NCBI GenBank assembly: GCA_031552845.1
Contig: JAVBMC010000069.1
Location: 2,874 to 66,873, forward strand
Direction of reading: 5' to 3'
Source: Kiritimatiellia bacterium
GTDB lineage: Bacteria; Verrucomicrobiota; Kiritimatiellia; RFP12; DVOR01
DNA: 64,000 nt
The first letter of the stretch is position 1, and each line of letters begins with the position of its first letter. Shown here piece after piece: positions 45,299 to 53,979 of the stretch. A model generated the notes under the pieces. The model made no database searches. It was given only the letters and a program-made list of their open reading frames with translations, and was not told where the DNA came from. A program made the position numbers and the translations under genes.

Positions 45299-46423
45299 TT
45301 AAGCTTTGCGTACGACGTTTTTAATGTATTGCGTATGAATGTGCCCGTCGGCGTGAAGGATATGATAGCCGACGTTGAGTAGGAGTCCCAACGCAAGGAA
45401 GTCGGTTAGGATGCTTGATCCGCCCGAACTGATGAAGGGCAGCGCGAGGCCTTTCGGAGGAAAGAGTCCGGATACCACCGCCATGTTGAATGCCCCTTGA
45501 AAGACGAGCAGCAGCGTCGCCCCCAATGCCAGATAGCGTCCCAAGCGGTCGGGCGCATTGAGCGAGATGGTGATGCCGCAGGCAAGTATCACCGCGAAGA
45601 GGACAACCATCCCGAGCGTGGCGGGCAAGCCGAGCTCTTCACCGACAATTGCAAAGATATAGTCGGTATGGGCCTCCGGCAGATATTGGTGCTTTTGCAT
45701 GCTCTGGCCGAGTCCCACGCCCCAAAGTCCACCCGCTTTGAAGGCCAAGCGCGCCTGCCGAGGCTGATGAGCTTTTTCGGATGTTGCGCTGCTGCCATCC
45801 AAGTGCGCACGGATGCGCTCCATGCGGTTTTCATTGTTCACCACCAAAACGGCTACACCGATACATGCCGCTACAGCCAACGCGATTAAATACGGTAACG
45901 GCACCCGCCCGACCAGCAGGATGCTGCCGCCGAGAACCAACAAAACCAGCGCACATCCAAAGTCCGGCTGCGCCAGCACCGGCAAGACAAACGCCGCAGG
46001 CGCCAGACAGGCCAGCACCGCACCTTTCCAAAACTTGTTAATCGACGGCCCTAACCGCACCACCCATACGCTGGTGACAATCACTGTCACTAATTTGGCC
46101 AGTTCGCTTGGCTGAAAGCTCACCCCTGCAACCACCAGCCAGCGATAACTGCCTTTCATAAACCTACCGATCCCCGGCACCCACACCATCATCAACAAAA
46201 TCAACATCGCGACAAACATCGGAATGATGACATACTTCTTCTTATACCAATGGTAGTCGAACTTATAGAGGACAGCCGCCCCGATAATGCCGATGCCGAA
46301 GAACCCGAGCTGCGAAGTCCAAATACTCGCCCCGCGCGGACTGGCGGCTGACGTTAGAATCAAAATGCCCAACCCGCACAGCAATATTACGGAAAGAATC
46401 AAACACGTTACAACTTTTCTCAC
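45299..46423 (-). CDS. ftsW: SEDS protein FtsW/RodA
   Basis: FQPSELAK, QPDFG, LPEAHTDYIFAIVGEELG and LPFISSGGSS motifs. Confidence 0.88.
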   Translation of the reverse strand: MRKVVTCLILSVILLCGLGILILTSAASPRGASIWTSQLGFFGIGIIGAAVLYKFDYHWYKKKYVIIPMFVAMLILLMMVWVPGIGRFMKGSYRWLVVAGVSFQPSELAKLVTVIVTSVWVVRLGPSINKFWKGAVLACLAPAAFVLPVLAQPDFGCALVLLVLGGSILLVGRVPLPYLIALAVAACIGVAVLVVNNENRMERIRAHLDGSSATSEKAHQPRQARLAFKAGGLWGVGLGQSMQKHQYLPEAHTDYIFAIVGEELGLPATLGMVVLFAVILACGITISLNAPDRLGRYLALGATLLLVFQGAFNMAVVSGLFPPKGLALPFISSGGSSILTDFLALGLLLNVGYHILHADGHIHTQYIKNVVRKA

Positions 46424-46453
46424 GCCAACCTCCTTTCTGGATAATCACCATCA

Positions 46454-47371
46454 CTAACGCACGTCTGCGGCAGGTTCGTTCGTGCTCACCGGCACTAGCA
46501 GCTTGACCTCCGAAGTCAGGGGAATCGGCTTCGCGACACGTTCATCCACGTTGATCGGCACCAGCAGCTTCGGCAAATTCTTCAACGCCTGCTGCACGGC
46601 CGTTTTGTGCTCGGCAGCCGCCTGCGGCGTAAACGAACACTCATGCCCGACCGGACCGCCCTCGACTTCATACAGTACATTGTTCTCGATCTTCCGCGCC
46701 AGTTCGATCTTGAACTCCGGACACGTAAACACACACGCCGCACCGCTAAACTCCACAACCAGCCCATTTTGATTGAAGGGCTTCTCGCACGAATTCAACT
46801 CACTCCGCAACGAACGCTCAAACCGTGAACTCAACGCGCTCAATCCGTTGGTTGCATACGGCTGCAACCCCGTTTCAACTTCCACCGTAAAAGTATCATA
46901 CCGTTGCCGCTCCCGACGTACGCGGGTATACAGGCCGTTTTGGAAGGTATAGACCGAAAAAATCTTCTCTGCCCAACCGCACTTATAAACGTCGACAATC
47001 TGATACCACCCGCCCGACTTCTCCGCCAGCATCGGGAAGCCAAAAAACTCTCCGACATCCTCCCACTTCTGGGAGGGCCGTATCCGCTGAATCCGCCACG
47101 CATTACCGCCAGAACCACCGGTGCTATCGCAAACCACTGTTTCGGCGATACCGTCGTCGTTGAAGTCAAACTTCATCGACCGTGAACCATCCACCCGCTG
47201 TTGGTTCGCAGGCAGAATCTTCGGCAGCTGGTAGCCATCCTCCGGCAGCATGCGATATGTCGGGATTTCATCCGGCGCCTTTGCGATAGGGCACCCAACT
47301 TTCGCCGTCTCGGCTGCGCCGGCCCACAACACTGCCAGCGCAAGCCCGCCTAAAAAGTGACCCCGTTTCAT
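46454..47371 (-). CDS. Secreted hypothetical protein
   Basis: Signal peptide; DFNDDG Ca-binding-like motif. Confidence 0.7.
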   Translation of the reverse strand: MKRGHFLGGLALAVLWAGAAETAKVGCPIAKAPDEIPTYRMLPEDGYQLPKILPANQQRVDGSRSMKFDFNDDGIAETVVCDSTGGSGGNAWRIQRIRPSQKWEDVGEFFGFPMLAEKSGGWYQIVDVYKCGWAEKIFSVYTFQNGLYTRVRRERQRYDTFTVEVETGLQPYATNGLSALSSRFERSLRSELNSCEKPFNQNGLVVEFSGAACVFTCPEFKIELARKIENNVLYEVEGGPVGHECSFTPQAAAEHKTAVQQALKNLPKLLVPINVDERVAKPIPLTSEVKLLVPVSTNEPAADVR

Positions 47372-47372
47372 C

Positions 47373-48587
47373 TCACAGCACCTTCTTGAGGCGCTTCATC
47401 GCCTCACGGACATTCTCACGTGAATTGAACGCGCTGATGCGGATGAATCCCTCGCCGCACTTGCCGAATCCTGCGCCTGGTGTCGTCACGATCTGCGCCT
47501 CGTTCAACAGCTTGTCGAAGAACTTCCACGAATCCTGCTTCACGTTCACCCAGATATACGGACTGTTCTCGCCGCCCGTGCAAGTGTAACCAAACTTCGT
47601 CAGCGTCTCGCGGATGATCTTGGCATTGGCCAGATAATAATCCACCTGCGCCTTCGTCTGCTTCTTGCCTTCCTTTGAATAAACCGCCTCGGCTGCACGC
47701 TGCACCGGATACGACACGCCATTGAACTTCGTCGTATGACGGCGGTTCCACAATGCATGCAATGACACCGGCTTACCCTGCGCGGTATAAGCAATCACAT
47801 CCTTCGGCACCACCGAGAACGCACAGCGCGTCCCCGTGAAACCGGCTGTCTTCGAAAAGCTGCGGAACTCAATCGCCACCTCACGCGCGCCGGGAATCTC
47901 ATAGATCGACTTCGGCAACGACGGGTCGCGCACGAATGCCTCATACGCCGCATCAAACAAAATCAGCGCCTTGTTCGCCTTCGCATACTTCACCCAAGCC
48001 GCCAGCTCCTTACGCGTCGCGGTCGCGCCCGTCGGGTTGTTCGGGAAGCACAGGTAAATTAAATCCACCTTCTCCTTCGGCGGCGCCGGCACGAACTTGT
48101 TCTTCGGCGTAGACTCCAAATACACGAGCCCGTCATACCGCCCCGTCTTCGACGCGCCCGTGCGCCCGGCCATCACGTTGGTATCGACATACACCGGATA
48201 CACCGGATCCGGCACCGCAATCACCAGCTTCTGCGCAAACAGCTCTTGGATATTCGCCGTGTCGCACTTCGCGCCGTCCGATACGAAAATCTCATCCGCC
48301 GCGACATCCACATTCGCATAGTCATTCTTCGCAATCGCCTCACGCAGGAAGTCATACCCCTGCTCAGGCCCATACCCGCGAAAAGCCCCCTCCGTCGCCA
48401 TCTCATCCACCGCCTTGTGCAGCGCCTTGATACAAGCCGGCGCGAGCGGCATCGTCACATCGCCAATACCCAAGCGGATGACCTTCTTATCCGGATTAGC
48501 CGCGGTATAAGCCTTGATGCGCTTAGCGATCTCAGCAAACAAATAAGACGATTGTAATTTAGCGTAATGCTCGTTGACGCGAATCAT
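47373..48587 (-). CDS. dapL: LL-diaminopimelate aminotransferase
   Basis: LGIGDVT, GYGPEQG, SDGAKCD, PNNPTG and [13 protein letters not shown]; start MIRVNE at 48587. Confidence 0.95.
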   Translation of the reverse strand: MIRVNEHYAKLQSSYLFAEIAKRIKAYTAANPDKKVIRLGIGDVTMPLAPACIKALHKAVDEMATEGAFRGYGPEQGYDFLREAIAKNDYANVDVAADEIFVSDGAKCDTANIQELFAQKLVIAVPDPVYPVYVDTNVMAGRTGASKTGRYDGLVYLESTPKNKFVPAPPKEKVDLIYLCFPNNPTGATATRKELAAWVKYAKANKALILFDAAYEAFVRDPSLPKSIYEIPGAREVAIEFRSFSKTAGFTGTRCAFSVVPKDVIAYTAQGKPVSLHALWNRRHTTKFNGVSYPVQRAAEAVYSKEGKKQTKAQVDYYLANAKIIRETLTKFGYTCTGGENSPYIWVNVKQDSWKFFDKLLNEAQIVTTPGAGFGKCGEGFIRISAFNSRENVREAMKRLKKVL

Positions 48588-49500
48588 GCCTCTTCTCCTT
48601 TGGTGGTGATAAAATCCAACGCTTGTTAAACCAAAACCATTGCCCCGGGTCATTACGGATCGCCTTATCAAACCCGCTCATGACCTCCTGCGCAATCCGC
48701 TTCACCTCATCCTCCTCAGGTGCCTGCAAATCCGGATGCGCAACCCCCAACACCTCAAAATGAAACTTCGTCCAGCCCACCCGATGCGGCGCCGCATACA
48801 CCACCGGTACATTCGACGTATACGCAAACCGCCCGATCCCCTCGCCGATGTTCGCCTTACCCCCCAAGAAATCCACCGACACCCCATGATGCTTCATGCT
48901 GATATCCGCCAGAATCGCCACCGCCCCGCCCGTGCGCAGGAACTCCGTCACCCGCCGCAGCGAACTCGGCGTATTGCGCTCCACAATCTGCGTCCCATGC
49001 GTGCGCGTACGATTAATCCAAGCATTCAACAGCGGATTACGCTGCCGCGCCGAGATCGCAATCATCTTAATATCATACGTCCGACACGCAATCGCCGCCA
49101 AATCCCAGTTGCCGAAATGCGGCACCGTAATCACCGCCCCGCCGAACTTCTCAATCAACCCAATCACTCGCGGAATCTGCGGCCCAAAATCCGGCATATT
49201 CCGATCCACCCACGCCCGGTCAAAACGGTTCGCGCGCATCATCTCAATCATGTTAAACGCCATGTTCCGCAACGACAGCCATGCAATCCGATTCACCTCC
49301 GCCTCCGGCACCTCCGCCCCGAACACTTCACGCACCCGCTCCGCCACCAGCCGCCGCTTCTTCCCGAAGCCCAGCCAGAAAACCCCCTTCATCACCACCC
49401 ACGCAAAAGCAAACGCCAGCCGCAGCGGCAGTAGCCCCAACAACGTTTGCACCGTCCGTACAAACCCATATTCAACCATGTCACGGACAGAATACTTCAT
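48559..49500 (-). CDS. Lipid A biosynthesis acyltransferase, LpxL/HtrB family
   Basis: HFGNWD motif and [11 protein letters not shown]. Confidence 0.88.
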   Translation of the reverse strand: MKYSVRDMVEYGFVRTVQTLLGLLPLRLAFAFAWVVMKGVFWLGFGKKRRLVAERVREVFGAEVPEAEVNRIAWLSLRNMAFNMIEMMRANRFDRAWVDRNMPDFGPQIPRVIGLIEKFGGAVITVPHFGNWDLAAIACRTYDIKMIAISARQRNPLLNAWINRTRTHGTQIVERNTPSSLRRVTEFLRTGGAVAILADISMKHHGVSVDFLGGKANIGEGIGRFAYTSNVPVVYAAPHRVGWTKFHFEVLGVAHPDLQAPEEDEVKRIAQEVMSGFDKAIRNDPGQWFWFNKRWILSPPKEKRHDSRQRALR

Positions 49501-49583
49501 GCGCCCCAAATCTAAAAAAGCCCCCAAACACCAAACAGGCCCGCGCCAAACGACGCAGGCCTGCCTACACAAGCCGCACCGGA

Positions 49584-50063
49584 TTACTTCGTCTCGTCGT
49601 GCAACAGCGCCATGATCTTATTAATCATCTGCACCTGGTCATTATGCGACCGGATCAACGTATTACACACGCTGATCGCCTCCGCCGTACGCCGCAACGT
49701 CTGCGCATGCGAGACCTCCTGCTGCGTGCGCGAATCGCGCAGACTCTTCAACGTCGCTCCAAGCTCCGCCACCTGCTGCTCAGACTTCTGCAACAGCTGC
49801 CGCGTGTGGAACAACTGCGACAACACCTCGCCCGGCTCCAAATCCAAATCCGACACCCGCATTCCCTCCGGAATCGGCGCCAAGATCTGATTCCCGCACT
49901 CCGAGCACGGCACTTGCAAGCCCGCCCCGCGATAATCAATCACCAGATTATGGCCGCACACCGGACAATCAAACACGATATCCGTCGAACGGATCTCTTC
50001 AATGCCCTCCTGCTCCGGGGTCGTATCATCCAAATCCTGAACCTCTTCAATACCTTCGCTCAT
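49584..50063 (-). CDS. Zn-ribbon plus coiled-coil hypothetical protein
   Basis: CPVC...CSEC followed by heptad repeats. Confidence 0.75.
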   Translation of the reverse strand: MSEGIEEVQDLDDTTPEQEGIEEIRSTDIVFDCPVCGHNLVIDYRGAGLQVPCSECGNQILAPIPEGMRVSDLDLEPGEVLSQLFHTRQLLQKSEQQVAELGATLKSLRDSRTQQEVSHAQTLRRTAEAISVCNTLIRSHNDQVQMINKIMALLHDETK

Positions 50064-50099
50064 AGCTAAACTCCTTCAGAAAACCACCCCGTTACAACG

Positions 50100-50135
50100 A
50101 AAAAAGGCGATGCCCGTCACCGGGCGCCGCCTTTT
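50100..50135 (-). terminator. Probable terminator after rpmB
   Basis: GGCG/GCCCG-containing hairpin flanked by A and T tracts. Confidence 0.55.
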
Positions 50136-50165
50136 CCAAAAACACCTGCGTAAGCCTACCTCTGC

Positions 50166-50393
50166 CTACGCTTTCGTCACGGCGCCCGACTTCAAACAAG
50201 ACGCGCACACCGTCATTCGACGGCTGTTCGGCCCATCCTTCACCCGCACGGAACGCAAATTCGGCATAAAACGACGCTTCGAAATCCCGGTGGTATGCAA
50301 GCCGATACCGCCCTTATACTTCTCGAGACCATGACGGACAATCTTACATCCTGTCATCGGACCCTTACTACAAACTTCACACACTCTCGACAT
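50166..50393 (-). CDS. rpmB: 50S ribosomal protein L28
   Basis: MSRVCEVC...KRRFMPNL...VCASCLKSG. Confidence 0.95.
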   Translation of the reverse strand: MSRVCEVCSKGPMTGCKIVRHGLEKYKGGIGLHTTGISKRRFMPNLRSVRVKDGPNSRRMTVCASCLKSGAVTKA

Positions 50394-50630
50394 AGTTATA
50401 ACTCCTGAAAGGACACCATCTTATCATGAACCCCACCCCATATCAAGCCCAAAGCATATCCCCGCCCGAGTTTTTACATCCATGTAAAGTGTAAAATATC
50501 TTTTCCCTGCAGATGGGGGGTGCCCGGGCACGCTCTCTTTCAGGGAAGCCCCCCATGGGGGGCGCGAAAATCTAACCGCCGGTTGAGACGTTTAGTGTTC
50601 CATCGGCGGGTCGATTTTCGTATCATTTTG

Positions 50631-51760
50631 ATGACTAAACCAAACACCCGAAAGGAACCGCCGATGGAACGCCGCCAGCATACAAAACCCCGCCGTAAGA
50701 ATCAACCCTTAACTCAGCTTGACCGCCAGCGTCTTGAACAATGGCACGCAGAAGCCCGCAAGCAAGCTCCCGGACGCCGGGTGCAGGTTGCTGCGTTCTG
50801 CAAAGAAATGGCCGTGCGCTTGTGCTGTTGCACACGCACGATTCGCAATGAACTCAAACGGGGGTACTACGCTCATCAGCTTTCGGACTTAACAACAGTT
50901 CCGGCCTATTCGTGGCACTGCGCGCAGACCTGGATCAATGCGAACAAGCTCAAACGAGGACGTAACCCGCTTGAAAAGCAGGATAAGCAGTTCAAAATCT
51001 TCCGGGGTATCGTGATCGACCTATTGCAAAGCAGGGAGGCGCACCAGCGTTACTTCATTTATGCCGCCACCCAAATAGCCAATCAGTGCACCGGCCTTCA
51101 TATCAGTGCTAAAACCGTCTATAACATGTTGATGCAAGGCCGCTTAGGCAACCTGACCCCCGAGAAAGTCCTCTTCTTCCGCAAGCCCAAACGCAAGGCT
51201 CCGCGCAAAGCCACCACCCCCCATAAAGCCAAACTCGGCCACAGTATTGACCAACGCCCGCAGCACATCGATCTGCGCGAAGAGTTCGGGCATTTTGAAG
51301 GCGATACCATCTGCAGCCGCCGGGGCGATAAAACCGTCATCTTCTCCTTCATCGAACGCTCCACCCGCATGCAGTTCTGCTACAAAATGTCCCGCAATAC
51401 CATCAAATGCGCCCGCAAAGCCCTGCGCCTGCTGCTCAAAGACTGCCCCTACATCAAAACAATCACTTTCGACAACGGCAGCGAGTTCTCCATGTCAAAG
51501 GGATGCTCAAACTCCTGCGCCGTCATACCCCAGGTGCCATGAGCTATTACGCCCACCCCTACAGCTCCTGGGAACGCGGCAGTAACGAAAACAACAACCG
51601 CCTCATCCGCCGCTTTGCTCCCAAAGGCAGCCGGCTAAGCCAGATCAGCCACCGCGAACTCGCCGAAGGCATTAGCTTCATCAACCAGCTTCCTCGCAAG
51701 ATCTTTGACGGGCAAAGCGCTCTTGAGCTCTGGCACGCCGCTTTGCAAAAAGTCGCCTGA
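50631..51760 (+). mobile_element. IS30-family transposase split by a -1 frameshift near 51490-51503
   Basis: HTH (IRNELKRG), FGHFEGDT and TITFDNGSEF in frame 0; HPYSSWERGSNENNNRLIRRFAPKG in the -1 frame. Terminal IRs not resolved. Confidence 0.88.
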
Positions 51761-52080
51761 AAGTGAAATCATTTATTGCAATGAACCTTAGGTATCAAAA
51801 CACCTCGCGTCTTGCGATGCGTGCAAGATTCACCTGTAGAGAGGGCATGGGTGCTACCACTTATGGAGCATCGATGGGAGCTCTCGTGGGGTATGAGTGG
51901 CAGCATCCATAGGGCATGTGTGGTAGCAGGTATGGGGTATGAGTGATAGCATCGTGGAGCTGTTGAGGGGACGTCTTCTGGGGTGTTGGTGGGACGTCGA
52001 ACGTTGCTGCTCAGGGAACAAAAAGGGACGCTGGGGGTGAACCTGCGCCCTTTGAGGGATGTGTTATTCCCGCTCTGCTG

Positions 52081-52812
52081 TCAGTCAACCGCGCTGAGTG
52101 TCTCGGTCAAGCTGCCGATAGCGAGGTGCTTGCTGCCGTTGATGCGGTTGCGCACTTCGACTCGATAGCGTTGCCCCACCTGCAGCTCTGTCGGAATGAG
52201 GAAGCTCAGGCGGGCGGGGTTATTATCTAGAAAGTCCGTCACACGCAGGGTTTCATCATCGGGAGTCTCCGGAATGAGCCAAACGCCTTCGTCCTCGGCG
52301 GAGAGATCGACGCGCAGGTATTTGCCATGTAACGCCGCCATCTTGCCGCGCGTAAGCTGCGTATTGATGGTGCCACTGCGGGCGTCCTCGAAGCGTGTGG
52401 GCTTCGGAGTTTTTGCCTTGAAGTCCACCAGCTCGGCCGAGAGGTTGTCCGTGCTGATGGTGAGATTAAGCAGTGCCTTTTTAAAGGTCATCTTCATACG
52501 GTAACGGCGTCCTTTAGGGGCGATGTCGTTGCCGTCTTTATCCATCACGCCATTGGCAAACAGATGGATGCTGCCCAGCCCCGGAATCTCCACGGCCATA
52601 CCGTGCATGACTTCATCGATAATGACGTCGCCAAGGTTGTTCAGCACCGCCAGCACATCGGCCTTCGACACGGTAGTGCCGGAGACGGCAATGCGTTTGG
52701 CGAGCTTGTCGACAGGGAGCTTCTGGCCCATTTTCGTGGCGTAGATGTATTCGCCGCGTGCCTTCTGATCGGCGCATAATGCAGGCCGCTTGATGAGTGT
52801 GATCTTTGACAT
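52081..52812 (-). CDS. HU-like DNA-binding protein with DUF4469-like Ig domain
   Basis: SKADVLAVL...GMAVEIPGLG HU-like fold; C-terminal GKYLRVD...NNPARLSFLIP. Confidence 0.8.
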   Translation of the reverse strand: MSKITLIKRPALCADQKARGEYIYATKMGQKLPVDKLAKRIAVSGTTVSKADVLAVLNNLGDVIIDEVMHGMAVEIPGLGSIHLFANGVMDKDGNDIAPKGRRYRMKMTFKKALLNLTISTDNLSAELVDFKAKTPKPTRFEDARSGTINTQLTRGKMAALHGKYLRVDLSAEDEGVWLIPETPDDETLRVTDFLDNNPARLSFLIPTELQVGQRYRVEVRNRINGSKHLAIGSLTETLSAVD

Positions 52813-52949
52813 GATGTCATTTCCTAACTGCCGCCTTGCGTATGATATTGGCAGCCGGCGGCGTCTGTCAACCCGACGCTACGGCGATTCCGAATAAACA
52901 ATGCAACGCACTCGCGTCACTAGTGGATCTCCGCCTCCTGCTTTCCCCA

Positions 52950-52977
52950 TTGACTTTATCATCCAATCTGCTAAACT
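52950..52977 (+). promoter_or_regulatory. Sigma70-type promoter of leader copy B
   Basis: TTGACT-16-TAAACT with TG just upstream of the -10. Confidence 0.7.
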
Positions 52978-52984
52978 GCGCCCT

Positions 52985-53088
52985 GTTGACCCCATTGGGT
53001 TACCGATCTCTGACGCTTAGACGCATATCGGAGCCCAAGCTCGGAAGGAGCCATCAACATATAGACTGCCCGTTTGGTCGGCGTGCAG
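52985..53088 (+). ncRNA. Candidate structured leader RNA, copy B
   Basis: High identity to the reverse complement of 33061-33164; GTTGA...TCAAC closing stem with internal hairpins. Confidence 0.6.
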
Positions 53089-53225
53089 TTCAGATGCCAG
53101 GGGAAGGTACGATGCTCATACACACGAAAGATGTACACGGGGGGAGTTTGGAGTTGCCCCCGTCTTTAAAATATGATACTCTACTCCGCTTCGAATTTGA
53201 CTACGATTTGTTTTCGGGGGTTTCC

Positions 53226-53696
53226 ATGAGCACCACCACTCCTACGCCTTTTAATGATATTATCAAAAGTTCAGCCGTCCGCATTAACTTACGCGCGACG
53301 AACATGCACTACGCCATCGCCGAGCTGATTGAGGCTTTGGTTGAGGAGAAGCTGATTGCGGAGTCTGTCCGCGAACAGGTAACCCAAGCGGTTTTGAAGC
53401 GCGAAATGAGCGCCTCGACTGCTATGCCTGATGGGATTGCGCTGCCGCACGGCCGCTCCGATGTAATAGATCATTTGATCTGTGCGATTGGCACGAGCGA
53501 AGGTTTTGACGGCGGTGCGCCTGATGGTTTGCCGACACGGATCGTGCTGCTACTCTTAGTCCCCTCGAAGGTCGGCTGTGACCACATCCATTTCTTGGCG
53601 CGCATCAGCCCGAAACTGCTGGTCGCGGAGACGTATGAGAAGGTTCTGGCCGCAACGCAACCGCAAGATATCCGTGATGCGTTAATTCAGGCTTGA
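53226..53696 (+). CDS. PTS IIA domain protein, PtsN/fructose type (in-frame upstream ATG at 53112 possible)
   Basis: REMSASTAMPDGIALPHGR with the phospho-His motif. Confidence 0.85.
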   Translation: MSTTTPTPFNDIIKSSAVRINLRATNMHYAIAELIEALVEEKLIAESVREQVTQAVLKREMSASTAMPDGIALPHGRSDVIDHLICAIGTSEGFDGGAPDGLPTRIVLLLLVPSKVGCDHIHFLARISPKLLVAETYEKVLAATQPQDIRDALIQA

Positions 53697-53746
53697 CCTG
53701 TCCGCCTGAAAATGGTAAGCTTCACCCCGTTTGTTTTGCATCCTAA

Positions 53747-53822
53747 GCCGGTTTAGCTCAGTTGGTAGAGCAGCTGATTTGTAATCAGCAGGTCGTCGGT
53801 TCGAGTCCGTCTGCCGGCTCCA
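53747..53822 (+). tRNA. tRNA-Thr (anticodon TGT)
   Basis: 76-nt cloverleaf, anticodon arm GCTGA-TTTGTAA-TCAGC, TTCGA loop, encoded CCA. Confidence 0.95.
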
Positions 53823-53831
53823 TATTTTATG

Positions 53832-53863
53832 CCGCCCGCATTGATTTGCGTGGCGGTTTTTTT
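53832..53863 (+). terminator. Rho-independent terminator after tRNA-Thr
   Basis: CCGCCCGCA...TGCGTGGCGG followed by a T run. Confidence 0.75.
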
Positions 53864-53979
53864 GTGCCCCGATACCGCGCGGGGATGTTGGCGGGGTGTG
53901 TGGCGGAAAAGCGGTTGCATCTTGGAGGAGAAGCCTGTATAATAGGGTTGTTTCGATGTACTGTATTCGGAGGTTTGCT

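Noticed and set aside
50480-51840. IS30 terminal inverted repeats and target duplication
   Set aside because: No convincing IR pair found by eye; hairpin-like sequence at 50495-50565 was noted but could not be tied to an end.
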